Positions 1-9,608 of a stretch of DNA of 64,000 nt are shown piece by piece. Source of the DNA: Candidatus Latescibacterota bacterium (lineage in GTDB: Bacteria; Latescibacterota; UBA2968; UBA8231); the NCBI GenBank assembly GCA_965221775.1, contig CBDCSU010000006.1, forward strand, positions 1,152,001 through 1,216,000. The letters are read 5' to 3'. Position numbers and translations under genes: made by a program. How positions within the stretch are numbered: position 1 is the first letter of the stretch; the number at the start of each line of letters is the position of its first letter. The notes under the pieces were generated by a model. That model searched no databases. It saw only the letters and a list, made by a program, of their open reading frames with translations, and was not told the origin of the DNA.

Positions 1-1
1 G

Positions 2-3000
2 TTGATCCGCATCGTCGAGGCGAGCGGTGGCCGCCTGGGCCGCGTCTCCGCCCGCCGCCTGACGGGAATCCCGGAGCCGCCGGACGAGTCGGAGATCGAG
101 GAGCTGGTGCAGCGCGACCTGGATCTCTGGGACGCCGGCTGGGTGGCCTCGCCCTTCCGCGGCGGCCGCCTGCAGTCCTGGCTCTGGAACCACTACCTCA
201 GCGGCCACGAGACCTGGGGCCGGCTGGCGGCGCCGGTCTTCGCCGGTTCCCTGCGGCCCTGGCGCGAGCAGCGCCTCCGCCATCCCGAGGAGTACCACGA
301 CTTCTTCCATCTCGACCTGTTCATCCACCTGTGGGAGCTGGTGGAGGACGATCCGGTGTACGGGCCCGCCGAGCGGCAGGCGGTGGTGGAGATGTTCGTC
401 GAGCTGCTGCGGCACCTGGCGGGCCTGTTCTATCTGCGGGAGCAGGTCAATCCCGACGGCCTGCCGCGGCAGAACCACGTGACCTTCATCGGCCTCAACC
501 TGGCGGCGGGGCACGACTACCTCTCCCGCCGCCACGGCATCACCGAGTTCGCCGATGCGGCCCGGCGGGTGGAGCGCATCTTCGAGGGCCAGGCCTCCGG
601 GTACAAGCCCAACGACGACGCCGGCGTCGGCTACGTGTGGCTCACCCCGCGCCACACCAACGACTACCTGCTCGCCCGCGGCGATTACCGGTTCGTCGAC
701 GGGGGTCCCGTGGACGATCTCTGCCGGCTGGCGGCGGTCACCACCGACAACCTGCGCAGCGAGGTCGGGTACGGCGACAGCAGCGGTTTCTCCGCCTTCG
801 AGCGCGGCGGCTGGCGTGATCAGCTCTGGCCGCTGCTGGCCTCCCTCTGGCGCACCCGGGATCCCGGGCACCTGTGGCTGCTCAACTGGCTCGGAGAGGG
901 CAAGCGCCCGAACCTGAGCCACGGCATGGAGAGCTGGCGCGCCAGCGTCGAGGCCACGGAGGAGGGATTCACCCTCGAAGGAGTCGAGCCCAAGCTGCCC
1001 GGGGAGCTGCTGGGCGTCACGGCGCTGGACCTGCCCGAGGCCGCCCGGCGCTGGGTGGAGGCCTCGGTCCCCGAGGGATACCGCCCTGAGCCCGGCGGAC
1101 GCTACTTCGACAAGCTCTGCCTCCGTGCGGGCTTCGCGCCGGACGACGAGTACGCGCTGCTGGAGGGCGTTGGCACCTTCTGCCACGGCCACGAGGACAC
1201 GAACGCCATCCTGCGCCTGACCTGGGGGAACCGGGCCTGGCTCGCCGACGGCGACTACATCCGCGCGGCGCCGCGGTTCCACAACAGCGTCACCGTCCTG
1301 CGGGACGGCGCCGGCGTCCTGGATCCTCCCGGCGACGGCGTCGTCATCCCGCCACTGGCGCGCCTCACCGTGGAGCGCGACGGGGAGGACCTGGGAATCG
1401 TGCAGAGCGAGGCCGCCGGGTACAACGGCCTCGACTGGCGGCGCACCCTGGTCTGGCGCAAGGGGCGCTACCTCGCGGTGGTGGACGAGCTGCTCTGCCG
1501 GGAGCCGGGCGACTACCGCTGCCGCTGCCTGTGGCGCGTCCTGGGAGACGTGGACGGCGGCCCGGGGCGCTTGCGGCTGCGCCAGGGGGAGGCGGAGCTG
1601 TTCCTGCTGTGCGCCGACGAGTCCGCCGCCGAGATCGTGGAAGATCCCGGCGGCCCCTGGGGAGGCTATCCCCATCACCGCGGGCCCCTCCACGTGGTGC
1701 ACCGGAAGGTCCACCGCCGCCTCCAGGCAGGGGAGTCGTTCTTCTTCGTGCATCTCTTCACCCCGCACGGCAAGGTCGAGGTCGAGCCCCTGGCCGGAGG
1801 CGGGCTGCGCATCCGCGACGGCGCCGACGAGACCGCGGTCTCTCTCGAGGACGGCCGCCCCGTGGTGGAGACGCGCACAGTCCCCTCCACCGCGGCCTCC
1901 CCCCGGCCGGCCGGCCCGCCCGCGCCGCCGGCACCCGTCCTTCGGGAGTTCCGCGCCGCACCGCCCCTCTGGGAGCACCGCCTTGGCGGCGGCGGCGCCC
2001 CCGTTGCCGCCACCGGCTCCGGGGAAGCGGCCCACCTGCTCGCCGGCGGCGGCAACGGCGACGTGGTGAAGCTGGACGCCGGCAGCGGCGACGAGGCCTG
2101 GCGGGTGCGCCTGGAGTCGCCGGCCTCGGCGCTGCTGTGGGCGGACATCGACGGCGACGGGGCCCCGGAGGCCCTGGTCGGGTCCGCCGCGTCGGAGCTG
2201 ATCGTCCTCGACGGCGGCAGCGGCCGCGAGCGCTGGCGGCGGCCGCTGAAGAACCTCTACGGCTCGGTGTCGCCGGTGACGGCGCTGACCGTGGCCGACC
2301 TGGAGGGCGAGGGCGATCTCAGCCTCCTCGCCGGCACGGCGGGCTGGTTCGTCAACGTCTTCACCCCCGGGGGCGCGCCGAAGTGGGCCCGCTGGATCCG
2401 CTACCACGTCATCACCGCCCTCGAGGCGACCGACGCCGACGGCGACGGCCGCGCCGAGGTGATCGTGGGCACCACCTACTCGACGCCGCTCACCGTGCAC
2501 GACTACGACGGCGCCTTCCGCTGGTCCACCCTCGAGCAGGTCGGCTCCGAGGGCAACGCCACCACGCCTCGGCGGGGGATCCACCTGACGCGGATGCGGC
2601 TGGCGGACCTGAACGGCGACGGGATCCGCGAGATCGTGTACGGCACCGAGGACGGCTGGCTCTTCGCCGTCGAGCCGCGCGCCGGGGTGGAGCTCTGGCA
2701 GGCCAACATCGTCGGCGAGGTGGTGGCGCTGGAGGTGCTGCCCGGCGGCGTGGTAGCAGCCAGCGACTTCGGCGGCCTCTACAGCTTCGACCCCGACGGG
2801 ACCCTGCGCCGCCACTCCCATCCCTGCGAGTGGATCCGCGCGTCGACGCGGCTCGGGGACGACTTGGTGCTCGCCGCGGAGGGCGGCCGCCTGCTGAGGG
2901 TGAACGCGGACGGCGAACTGAGCGGCGAGCTGTGGACGGGAGGCGAGGTCCGGCGGATGACCGCCGCCGGCCGGCACCTGGTCTGCGTCCTCGACGACGG

Positions 3001-3028
3001 CCGGTTGGCCGCCCATACCTTCGGGTGA
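2..3028 (+). CDS. Large heparinase II/III-like (polysaccharide lyase-type) protein with C-terminal FG-GAP/PQQ-like beta-propeller; probably 5'-truncated by the window
   Basis: HGHEDTNAILRL...ADGDY...FHNSVTV resembles the Hepar_II_III core; repeated ADIDGDG/TDADGDG/ADLNGDG Ca-binding FG-GAP motifs and W-ending propeller blades in the C-terminal third. Confidence 0.65.
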   Translation: MIRIVEASGGRLGRVSARRLTGIPEPPDESEIEELVQRDLDLWDAGWVASPFRGGRLQSWLWNHYLSGHETWGRLAAPVFAGSLRPWREQRLRHPEEYHDFFHLDLFIHLWELVEDDPVYGPAERQAVVEMFVELLRHLAGLFYLREQVNPDGLPRQNHVTFIGLNLAAGHDYLSRRHGITEFADAARRVERIFEGQASGYKPNDDAGVGYVWLTPRHTNDYLLARGDYRFVDGGPVDDLCRLAAVTTDNLRSEVGYGDSSGFSAFERGGWRDQLWPLLASLWRTRDPGHLWLLNWLGEGKRPNLSHGMESWRASVEATEEGFTLEGVEPKLPGELLGVTALDLPEAARRWVEASVPEGYRPEPGGRYFDKLCLRAGFAPDDEYALLEGVGTFCHGHEDTNAILRLTWGNRAWLADGDYIRAAPRFHNSVTVLRDGAGVLDPPGDGVVIPPLARLTVERDGEDLGIVQSEAAGYNGLDWRRTLVWRKGRYLAVVDELLCREPGDYRCRCLWRVLGDVDGGPGRLRLRQGEAELFLLCADESAAEIVEDPGGPWGGYPHHRGPLHVVHRKVHRRLQAGESFFFVHLFTPHGKVEVEPLAGGGLRIRDGADETAVSLEDGRPVVETRTVPSTAASPRPAGPPAPPAPVLREFRAAPPLWEHRLGGGGAPVAATGSGEAAHLLAGGGNGDVVKLDAGSGDEAWRVRLESPASALLWADIDGDGAPEALVGSAASELIVLDGGSGRERWRRPLKNLYGSVSPVTALTVADLEGEGDLSLLAGTAGWFVNVFTPGGAPKWARWIRYHVITALEATDADGDGRAEVIVGTTYSTPLTVHDYDGAFRWSTLEQVGSEGNATTPRRGIHLTRMRLADLNGDGIREIVYGTEDGWLFAVEPRAGVELWQANIVGEVVALEVLPGGVVAASDFGGLYSFDPDGTLRRHSHPCEWIRASTRLGDDLVLAAEGGRLLRVNADGELSGELWTGGEVRRMTAAGRHLVCVLDDGRLAAHTFG

Positions 3029-3097
3029 AGACGCCGGGAGCCACCTGATCTGCCTGCTCGACGACGGGCGCTTGGCCGCCCACTCCTTCGGCTGAAG
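2975..3097 (+). repeat. Diverged tandem duplication of the last 17 codons and stop of the upstream gene (2975-3030 vs 3042-3097)
   Basis: Two 56-nt copies with 8 differences: HLVCVLDDGRLAAHTFG* vs HLICLLDDGRLAAHSFG*. Confidence 0.9.
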
Positions 3098-3123
3098 CCG
3101 GCGGCGGGCCCCGGGGCCCTTCC

Positions 3124-4833
3124 CTACCAGAGAACGACGAACAGCAGGTAGACGGCCACGGCGAGATAGGCGCCGGCCCACAGCCCCGGCCGGCGGTACC
3201 ACACCGGCCCGGCGGGCCCCACGCTGAAAGGGTACCGGGGCCGCACCGGCGCCCGGGCCAGGGTCCGGTGCAGCCAGGTCCCCTCGAGCCTTGCAAGGCG
3301 CCCGGCCATCGACTCTCTCAGCTCGGCCGGATCGTCGTCCGCCCGCGACCAGACCAGCCCCCGCAGCTCCTCCCTCGACAGCCGGCCCCGGCGGACATCG
3401 ATCCCCTTCGACACGACCCACATGCTGGCCGCGGGCAGCACCAGGTTCCACAGGTAGGCCCACCACAGGTCGGTGTACCACATCGGCAGCGGCCACCCGC
3501 GGGCCTCGCCGAGGATCGCCGAGGCGCCGTACGTCAGACCGACCGCCAGACCGACGATCCCCGTCTCCCGGTGCACCCTGGTGAAGACGCCCATGAGGAT
3601 CACCGTCATCAGCGGCACGGCGATGGCGCCGGCGAGGCGCAGGTAGAACAGCAGCATGCCCCCTTCGAGGAAGGGGACGTAGGCGAAGCCGAGGGCGAGG
3701 ATGAAGGGCACGGAGATGCGCCCCACCTTCGTGTAGTGAGCGTCGCTGCCCCGGCGCACCAGGAAGCGGGCGTAGATGTCGCGCACGAAGAGGGAGGAGA
3801 TGCCGATGCCGATGGAGTCGAAGGTCGAGTAGGCGGCGGCCACGAGTCCCGCCACGACGAGACCCACCAGACCGGCGGGCAGGTACTCGACGATCATGCG
3901 CGGATAGGCCTCGTCGACGACGTGCAGGCCCGGGAACTCGGCCCGCGCCATCGGTCCCAGGGTGACGTTGAAGAACAAGCAGACGGCGGTGGCCAGGCTG
4001 GCGACGACGACGGCCATCTTGAAGTCCCACTCCGAGCGCGCCCCGAGGAAGCGGATCGCCTCGTACTGGTTGATTAGGACGTACGTGGTGAGCACCACGA
4101 GGAAGCCGAAGACCACGAGAATGGGCGGCACGCCCTCGGGACCGTAGCCGCCCACGTGGAGCAGGCGGTCCGAGAGCCCGCTCTCCACCGCCTCCAGGCG
4201 CATGGCGACGCCGTCCCAGCCGCCCATGGCGGAGTAGACGAACCCCCACAGGACGAAGGAGGCGACGATCATGGTCAGGCTCTGCAGGGCGTCGGTGAGG
4301 ACCCCGGCGCGCAGGCCGCCGCGGACGAGGTAGAGGGCCGAGGTGGACGCCACCGCGGCGACGACGAGCCAGCAGGTCCCCGGCGACAGGCCGGCGACGA
4401 CGTTGAGGACGAGGAACATGGAGTAGTAGATGTTGCCCAGGACGTTGGTGCGGGACTGCACGTTGATGAGCACCGCCATGACCCGCGCCGCCGGCCCGAA
4501 GCGGAACTCCAGCCACTCGGCGTTGGTGAATACCCCGGAGCGGTACATGGGCACGATGACGAAGAAGCCCAGCACCATCCAGCCCACGGCGATGCCCAGC
4601 CACCACTGCGACAGCTGCGACAGCCCGAGGGTGTACGAGCCGCCCACGATACCCACGTAGTCGCCGCTGTCGACGGCGGTGCCGAAGGCGGAGAGGCCGA
4701 TCACCCACCAGGGCATCGACTTGGCCGCCAGGTACCAGTCGAAGCTCTCGCCCTTGTGACGGAAGCTGATCAGGCTGTAGAGGACGATGCCGCCGTTGAG
4801 GACGGCCACGACGGCCCAGTCGAGAGTGGTCAT
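3124..4833 (-). CDS. Sodium:solute symporter (SSS) family transporter
   Basis: Multiple TM segments; YLAAKSMPWW, EWLEFRFG, GGLRAGVLTDALQ and GLVAAAYSTFDS motifs. Confidence 0.9.
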   Translation of the reverse strand: MTTLDWAVVAVLNGGIVLYSLISFRHKGESFDWYLAAKSMPWWVIGLSAFGTAVDSGDYVGIVGGSYTLGLSQLSQWWLGIAVGWMVLGFFVIVPMYRSGVFTNAEWLEFRFGPAARVMAVLINVQSRTNVLGNIYYSMFLVLNVVAGLSPGTCWLVVAAVASTSALYLVRGGLRAGVLTDALQSLTMIVASFVLWGFVYSAMGGWDGVAMRLEAVESGLSDRLLHVGGYGPEGVPPILVVFGFLVVLTTYVLINQYEAIRFLGARSEWDFKMAVVVASLATAVCLFFNVTLGPMARAEFPGLHVVDEAYPRMIVEYLPAGLVGLVVAGLVAAAYSTFDSIGIGISSLFVRDIYARFLVRRGSDAHYTKVGRISVPFILALGFAYVPFLEGGMLLFYLRLAGAIAVPLMTVILMGVFTRVHRETGIVGLAVGLTYGASAILGEARGWPLPMWYTDLWWAYLWNLVLPAASMWVVSKGIDVRRGRLSREELRGLVWSRADDDPAELRESMAGRLARLEGTWLHRTLARAPVRPRYPFSVGPAGPVWYRRPGLWAGAYLAVAVYLLFVVLW

Positions 4834-5041
4834 GCGGCTTCCTTCAGGGGGCCGGACGCCCGACCGCCCCGCGGCGGTGATCCCGCCGGGCCGCCCGACG
4901 GCGATGATCCAGCCGCGGGCGCCTCGGCGGGCCCCTCACGGCTCGCGGCGGATGTTGTCCCAGACCGGGAGGGCGGGATGGCGACGGTGACGCCGCCCGG
5001 GATGTTGTCCCCGGCATGCATGACCGGTACCCTTGGGGGCC

Positions 5042-6091
5042 ATGAGAGCCGCCGTCCTGACAGAGTTCGGCGCGCCTCTGCGGGTGCGGGAGCTGCCCCA
5101 GCCAGAGCCGACGCCCGAGTCCGCCGTGGTCCGCGTCGAGGCCTGCGGGATCTGCCGCAGCGACTGGCACGCCTGGCGCGGCGACTGGCCGTCGGTGGAA
5201 CCGCCCAGGGTGCTGGGCCACGAGCTCGGCGGTGTCGTGGAGGAGGTCGGCGCCGGGGTCCGCTCCTTCGGCGCCGGCGACCGCGTGACCCTGCCCTTCC
5301 ACATGGCCTGCGGCCACTGCGAGCACTGCTTCGGCGGCCGCTCCAACATCTGCAAGGCCAACGGCGTCATCGGCATCACCTTCGACGGCGGCTACGGCCG
5401 CTACGTGCGCGTGCCGGCGGCCGAGGCCAACCTCGTGCGCCTGCCCGAGGAGGTGGACTTCCTCAGCGCCGCGGCCCTCGGATGCCGCTACATGACCGCC
5501 TGGCACGGCCTCGTCGACCGCGCCCGGCTGGCCCCCGGCGAGTGGGTGGCGGTCTTCGGGGCCGGCGGCATCGGGCTCTCGGCGGTGCAGATCGCCTCCG
5601 CCCTGGGGGCCCGCGTGATCGCCGTGGACATCGACGAAGCCAAGCTCGCCCGCGCCCGCGAGGAAGGAGCCGTCGCCGGTGTCGACGCCCGTGGCTGCGA
5701 CGCCGCGGAAGCGGTGCGCGATCTCTGCGGCGGCGGCGCCGATCTCAGCCTCGACGCCCTCGGCTCGTCGAAGACCGCCCTCCCCGGTCTGGCCAGCCTG
5801 CGCAAGGGCGCCCGTCACCTGCAGATCGGCATGTCGACGCCGGAGGAGGAGGCGCAGGAGGGCCACATGGCCCTGCCCGTGGACGACATGATCCGCAACG
5901 AGATCAGCTTCGTCACCAGCCTTGGGTGTCCCACCACCGGCTACCCCGGCCTGCTGGCCCTGGTCGCCTCGGGCCGGCTCGAGCCGCGGCGGCTGGTCAG
6001 CTCCACGGTGAGCGTCGACGCGGCCGGCAGCGTGCTGGCGGAGATGACCGGCTTCGGCACGCTCGGCTTCACCGTCATCGACACCTGGTGA
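5042..6091 (+). CDS. Zinc-dependent alcohol dehydrogenase (MDR family)
   Basis: CGICRSDWH, GHE, CGHCEHC...C structural Zn cluster, GAGGIG Rossmann motif. Confidence 0.93.
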   Translation: MRAAVLTEFGAPLRVRELPQPEPTPESAVVRVEACGICRSDWHAWRGDWPSVEPPRVLGHELGGVVEEVGAGVRSFGAGDRVTLPFHMACGHCEHCFGGRSNICKANGVIGITFDGGYGRYVRVPAAEANLVRLPEEVDFLSAAALGCRYMTAWHGLVDRARLAPGEWVAVFGAGGIGLSAVQIASALGARVIAVDIDEAKLARAREEGAVAGVDARGCDAAEAVRDLCGGGADLSLDALGSSKTALPGLASLRKGARHLQIGMSTPEEEAQEGHMALPVDDMIRNEISFVTSLGCPTTGYPGLLALVASGRLEPRRLVSSTVSVDAAGSVLAEMTGFGTLGFTVIDTW

Positions 6092-6174
6092 TCCCCGGCC
6101 TCGGCTGATCCCTCCCGCGCCGGTCTCGCCATGCAAGGCAGGCTCCCCCCTGCGGCTGGCCCCTCCGGCGCGGC

Positions 6175-7299
6175 TCAACTCCGCACGAACTCCAGCAACC
6201 GCCGCACGTAGGCGTCGTTTCCGTAGCGGCCGAGGATCCGGCGCCGGGCGGCCCGGCCCGCCGCCTCGCGCTCGGCTTCGTGACGCAGCCACCAGGCGGC
6301 CTTGTCGCGCAGCTCCTCCACCGTCTCCCACGTGTCGATCTCGCGGCCGATGTCGAACTCCTCCTCCATCCCCTCCACGTAGTCGGTGAGCATGAAGCCG
6401 CCGGAGCCGGTGATCGCCGTGTCGCGCTGGTTCAGGTAGCCGCGGGAGCGGGGCGAGTTGTGCTGGTTGACGTTGATCTTCGCCGCCCGGTAGACCCCGG
6501 GCAGCTCGCGGTAGGTGCGGAACCCGCGGTAGCACGAGCGCGGGATGCCGGCGAAGGTGCCGAAGCCAAGACCGCCGTAGACGTGGGTGCGGCCGAGGGC
6601 CGCCACCGTGGCGACCACGTCCTGGCGCAGGACTCGCTGTTCGGGAAAGCCGATGGGATGGGTGATGCGCTCCACCGGGTCCGGCGAGGTCAGGTACGCC
6701 TCTCCGTCGCTGTCGCCGCGGGCATAGATGGAGAGGATGGTGACCGAGAAGTCGCACGCCTCGTGGGGGGCGGGTTCGGCCACGGCGTGGAGCTGGCGGG
6801 CCGGCGGCGGATAGAGGACGATGGCCCGGATCCCCCTCTCGCGGTAGACCTCGATGCTCTCCTTGCAGCAGGTGACGACGAACTCGAACTCGCGGGAGTA
6901 CTCGGGATGGCGGATCGCGTCCCAGGGGTCGTCCTGGGTGTGGGTCACCGTCTTCAGCCAGGGGAACCGCCGCCGCAGGGAGGCGATGAGCCCCGGGGGG
7001 CAGTCGTCCTTGCTGAACCACCACAGCAGCAGCTCCGGCCGGTGCTCCTCCACGAGCCCGGCCAGCCCCTCCTCGAAGGCGCCCGCATCGGCGTAGCGCA
7101 GGTCCCAGCGCTCCGGCGCCGGGATGCGGTCCGCCTCCTCCGCGGCGAGCAGGACATCCCGCTCCCGGTGGGCCTCGATGCATCCCCGGCTGGGCGCGTA
7201 GATCACCTGAAGGCCGGCGGCCTCGAACCCCTGGTGGATGCTCCACAGGGACTGCCCGGGGGCGAACCCCCCCACGAGCAGCACGCCTTCAGATCTCAT
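6175..7299 (-). CDS. Glycosyltransferase (GT-B, CgeB/Glyco_trans_1_2-like)
   Basis: C-terminal YRAAKINVNQH...LNQRD...GSGGFMLTDY...EELRDKAAWWL signature; start placed at ATG 7299, where high-GC codon usage begins. Confidence 0.8.
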   Translation of the reverse strand: MRSEGVLLVGGFAPGQSLWSIHQGFEAAGLQVIYAPSRGCIEAHRERDVLLAAEEADRIPAPERWDLRYADAGAFEEGLAGLVEEHRPELLLWWFSKDDCPPGLIASLRRRFPWLKTVTHTQDDPWDAIRHPEYSREFEFVVTCCKESIEVYRERGIRAIVLYPPPARQLHAVAEPAPHEACDFSVTILSIYARGDSDGEAYLTSPDPVERITHPIGFPEQRVLRQDVVATVAALGRTHVYGGLGFGTFAGIPRSCYRGFRTYRELPGVYRAAKINVNQHNSPRSRGYLNQRDTAITGSGGFMLTDYVEGMEEEFDIGREIDTWETVEELRDKAAWWLRHEAEREAAGRAARRRILGRYGNDAYVRRLLEFVRS

Positions 7300-7391
7300 C
7301 CAAGTATGGATGGGCTTCGCTTGGCCGCATCGACATATAGCCGGAGTCCATTGATGTCCGCTCACGCGCCGATAGATCAACTTCACTACGA

Positions 7392-8561
7392 CTACATGCC
7401 CGCGGGTCCCAACTGGATGTCGCGCGTGTGATACGCACGCAACGCTCGCTCACCATCAGCTTCGTAGTAGATGATGATAGAGTGCTGACGTGACTCGTCC
7501 GTGGCTGCCTCATACTCTGCAACCCACCGCTCGATGCGCGCCTGGGCGGAGTTGAAGTCCTTGCGACTGGCCCGCACGGTCTGCATCCTAGTGGCCAGCT
7601 CTCCTCGGAAGAGAGGACGCCAGCGGGGGAAGTACGACCACATTGACGTGGCCAAGTTTAGGTTCGCCTTCAGTCTCCTGTGGAAGACTCCGACTGGGTC
7701 GGCATGGAGAACCTGCCGGAAGTCCTCGACATAACGTTCGATCTTCTCCTGCAACCGTGAGTGGCGGAACTCGACGACATCGGGATCGTCCTGTAGCGCC
7801 AAGTACAACTGTAGGACGTCGGTCTGGATGTCGTACACACTTGCCAAGAAGAACCGATTGAGACCCGACACCACCGACTTGGCGTCGCCTTCCGAATGAA
7901 CCTCCCCGGCTATCAAGAGTCCGTACTTGGAGCGCAGCAGACTCACATCATGGCCGATCCTTGACAGCCTGTCCGGCATGTCGCTGGCAAACCGTCGACA
8001 GTGTTCGAACTCGGATCGTATTTCATCGATCTGTTCCGCCGCGGTCTCGAACCGGGCATAGTCTTCGGCGTCCAAAAGGCGACGTATGCGCTCTACCACC
8101 TCGGAAAGTCGGCCGAGAGTCCTCTGCGCCTTATCGAGGCGTGCGCACATGATCACCGACGAGACGGTCGTGAAGAGCATGACGGGTGCCATAACCGGGA
8201 TCAGGGCACCTTTGGCGGCAACGAACGGCGCATGCTTGACAATCTTGCCCCCCATGCCCTTGACTGCCGAAGTGAGCCCGCCACGGATGGTCATCAGCGT
8301 CTTGGGATCGGCGGTCGCCAAGAAGACGTTGCCGGCCTTAAGGGACGACGCAGCCAAACTCCCGGCCCCAAGCAACGGGAGCAGCGAGGCGCTGTCCATG
8401 ACTCCGCCGGATTCGAACGGTTGATCCGTGGACCATGATGCTCGCAAGGCTGCACTGGCATCTCGGCCGAGGTCGATAACGGCAATCGAGCGTCCCTCGT
8501 GCGTCAGTATCTGGCCAATGGGGTCGTGCGGTGTATCCTGTTGAAGACCGAGACTGTCCAT
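7392..8561 (-). CDS. Hypothetical protein in a lower-GC insert (hydrophobic segment followed by helical/coiled-coil region)
   Basis: 389-aa ORF with AGAGGA RBS before ATG 8561; many A/T-ending codons, unlike the flanks. Confidence 0.7.
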   Translation of the reverse strand: MDSLGLQQDTPHDPIGQILTHEGRSIAVIDLGRDASAALRASWSTDQPFESGGVMDSASLLPLLGAGSLAASSLKAGNVFLATADPKTLMTIRGGLTSAVKGMGGKIVKHAPFVAAKGALIPVMAPVMLFTTVSSVIMCARLDKAQRTLGRLSEVVERIRRLLDAEDYARFETAAEQIDEIRSEFEHCRRFASDMPDRLSRIGHDVSLLRSKYGLLIAGEVHSEGDAKSVVSGLNRFFLASVYDIQTDVLQLYLALQDDPDVVEFRHSRLQEKIERYVEDFRQVLHADPVGVFHRRLKANLNLATSMWSYFPRWRPLFRGELATRMQTVRASRKDFNSAQARIERWVAEYEAATDESRQHSIIIYYEADGERALRAYHTRDIQLGPAGM

Positions 8562-8735
8562 GCGTCCTCTTGATGTTCTCCCCGAAACGAACCGTTCGCC
8601 TAGAGCCAAAGAGCACAATCATGTCCCGCTTGCCGTGCTCACGCAAATGGAGGTGCCCTCCGCGGGCTGGACAGTGTGGAATCCAATGAGGTACCGAATA
8701 CTGAGGCCCCCCCAGAATTGGCTATTGCCCATCCA

Positions 8736-9608
8736 CTATGAAGGCAACGAAACACACGCAACGTCCGCGGCCTTCTCCACGGCCAAGCGCGACTGCCGGC
8801 AGTACTCGGGATCGGTCTCGAAGCCGGCGAAGTCGATCCCCAGCTCGACGCAGGCCACCGCCGAGGCGCCGATGCCGAGGAAGGGGTCCATCACCCGGCA
8901 CACCCGCTCCAGGCCGTGGAGGCGCACGCACATGCGCGGGATCTTCACCGGGAAGGCCGCCGGGTGCGGCCGCTGCTGATCGCGGCTGCGGATGGTGCGG
9001 TAGGGGACGAACCAGGTGTTACCGCGGCAGCGGCGGTCTTCCTCGACGCTGTTCCAGCGCGCCACGTTCGACTTGTCCTGGTACTCGACGCCCACCGCCA
9101 GCCGGTCGATGGGGACGTCGCCTCTCTTGGTGAGGTGGAAGATGTACTCGTGGCAGTCGTTGACGTAGCGGCGGCTCTGGATCGGCTTGAAGTGGCCCAC
9201 GGAGACGTTGCCCTCGATGCCGGGGTAGCGGCCCACGTCCTCCTTCTCGATGGCGATCGACTTGACCCAGTGGAAGACGTTCTGCAGCTCGAAGTGCCGG
9301 CGCATCTCGAGGAGAACCTCGAAGGGGCCCCAGGGGTCGGAGGGCTTGCCGCCGATGTTGAGGAAGAGGGAGCCCGCGTCGCTCAGGACCTCGCCCACCG
9401 CCGCCGCCCACTCCCCCATCCAGCGCACGTACTCCCGGCGCGAGCCGGAGTCGTCGTAGCCGCGGTAGCGTGTGCCCAGGTTGTAGGGAGGCGAGGTGAC
9501 CACCACGTCGACGCTGCCGGCGCCGAGGCGCCGGCCCATGTTGGCGACACAGTCCTCACACCAGACGTCGACGGCGCGGCCGCCGGCCTCGACGTGGAAC
9601 CCCGCCAT
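8736..9608 (-). CDS. Site-specific DNA methyltransferase, N4C/N6A family, beta-class motif order
   Basis: VVTSPPY (motif IV), HPAAFP, VMDPFLGIGAS (motif I); ATG overlaps the ggt stop (TGATG). Confidence 0.92.
   Translation of the reverse strand: MAGFHVEAGGRAVDVWCEDCVANMGRRLGAGSVDVVVTSPPYNLGTRYRGYDDSGSRREYVRWMGEWAAAVGEVLSDAGSLFLNIGGKPSDPWGPFEVLLEMRRHFELQNVFHWVKSIAIEKEDVGRYPGIEGNVSVGHFKPIQSRRYVNDCHEYIFHLTKRGDVPIDRLAVGVEYQDKSNVARWNSVEEDRRCRGNTWFVPYRTIRSRDQQRPHPAAFPVKIPRMCVRLHGLERVCRVMDPFLGIGASAVACVELGIDFAGFETDPEYCRQSRLAVEKAADVACVSLPS

Noticed and set aside
2975-3097. DGR template/variable repeat pair
   Set aside because: Mismatches are not adenine-specific, and there is no reverse transcriptase or avd gene in the window.
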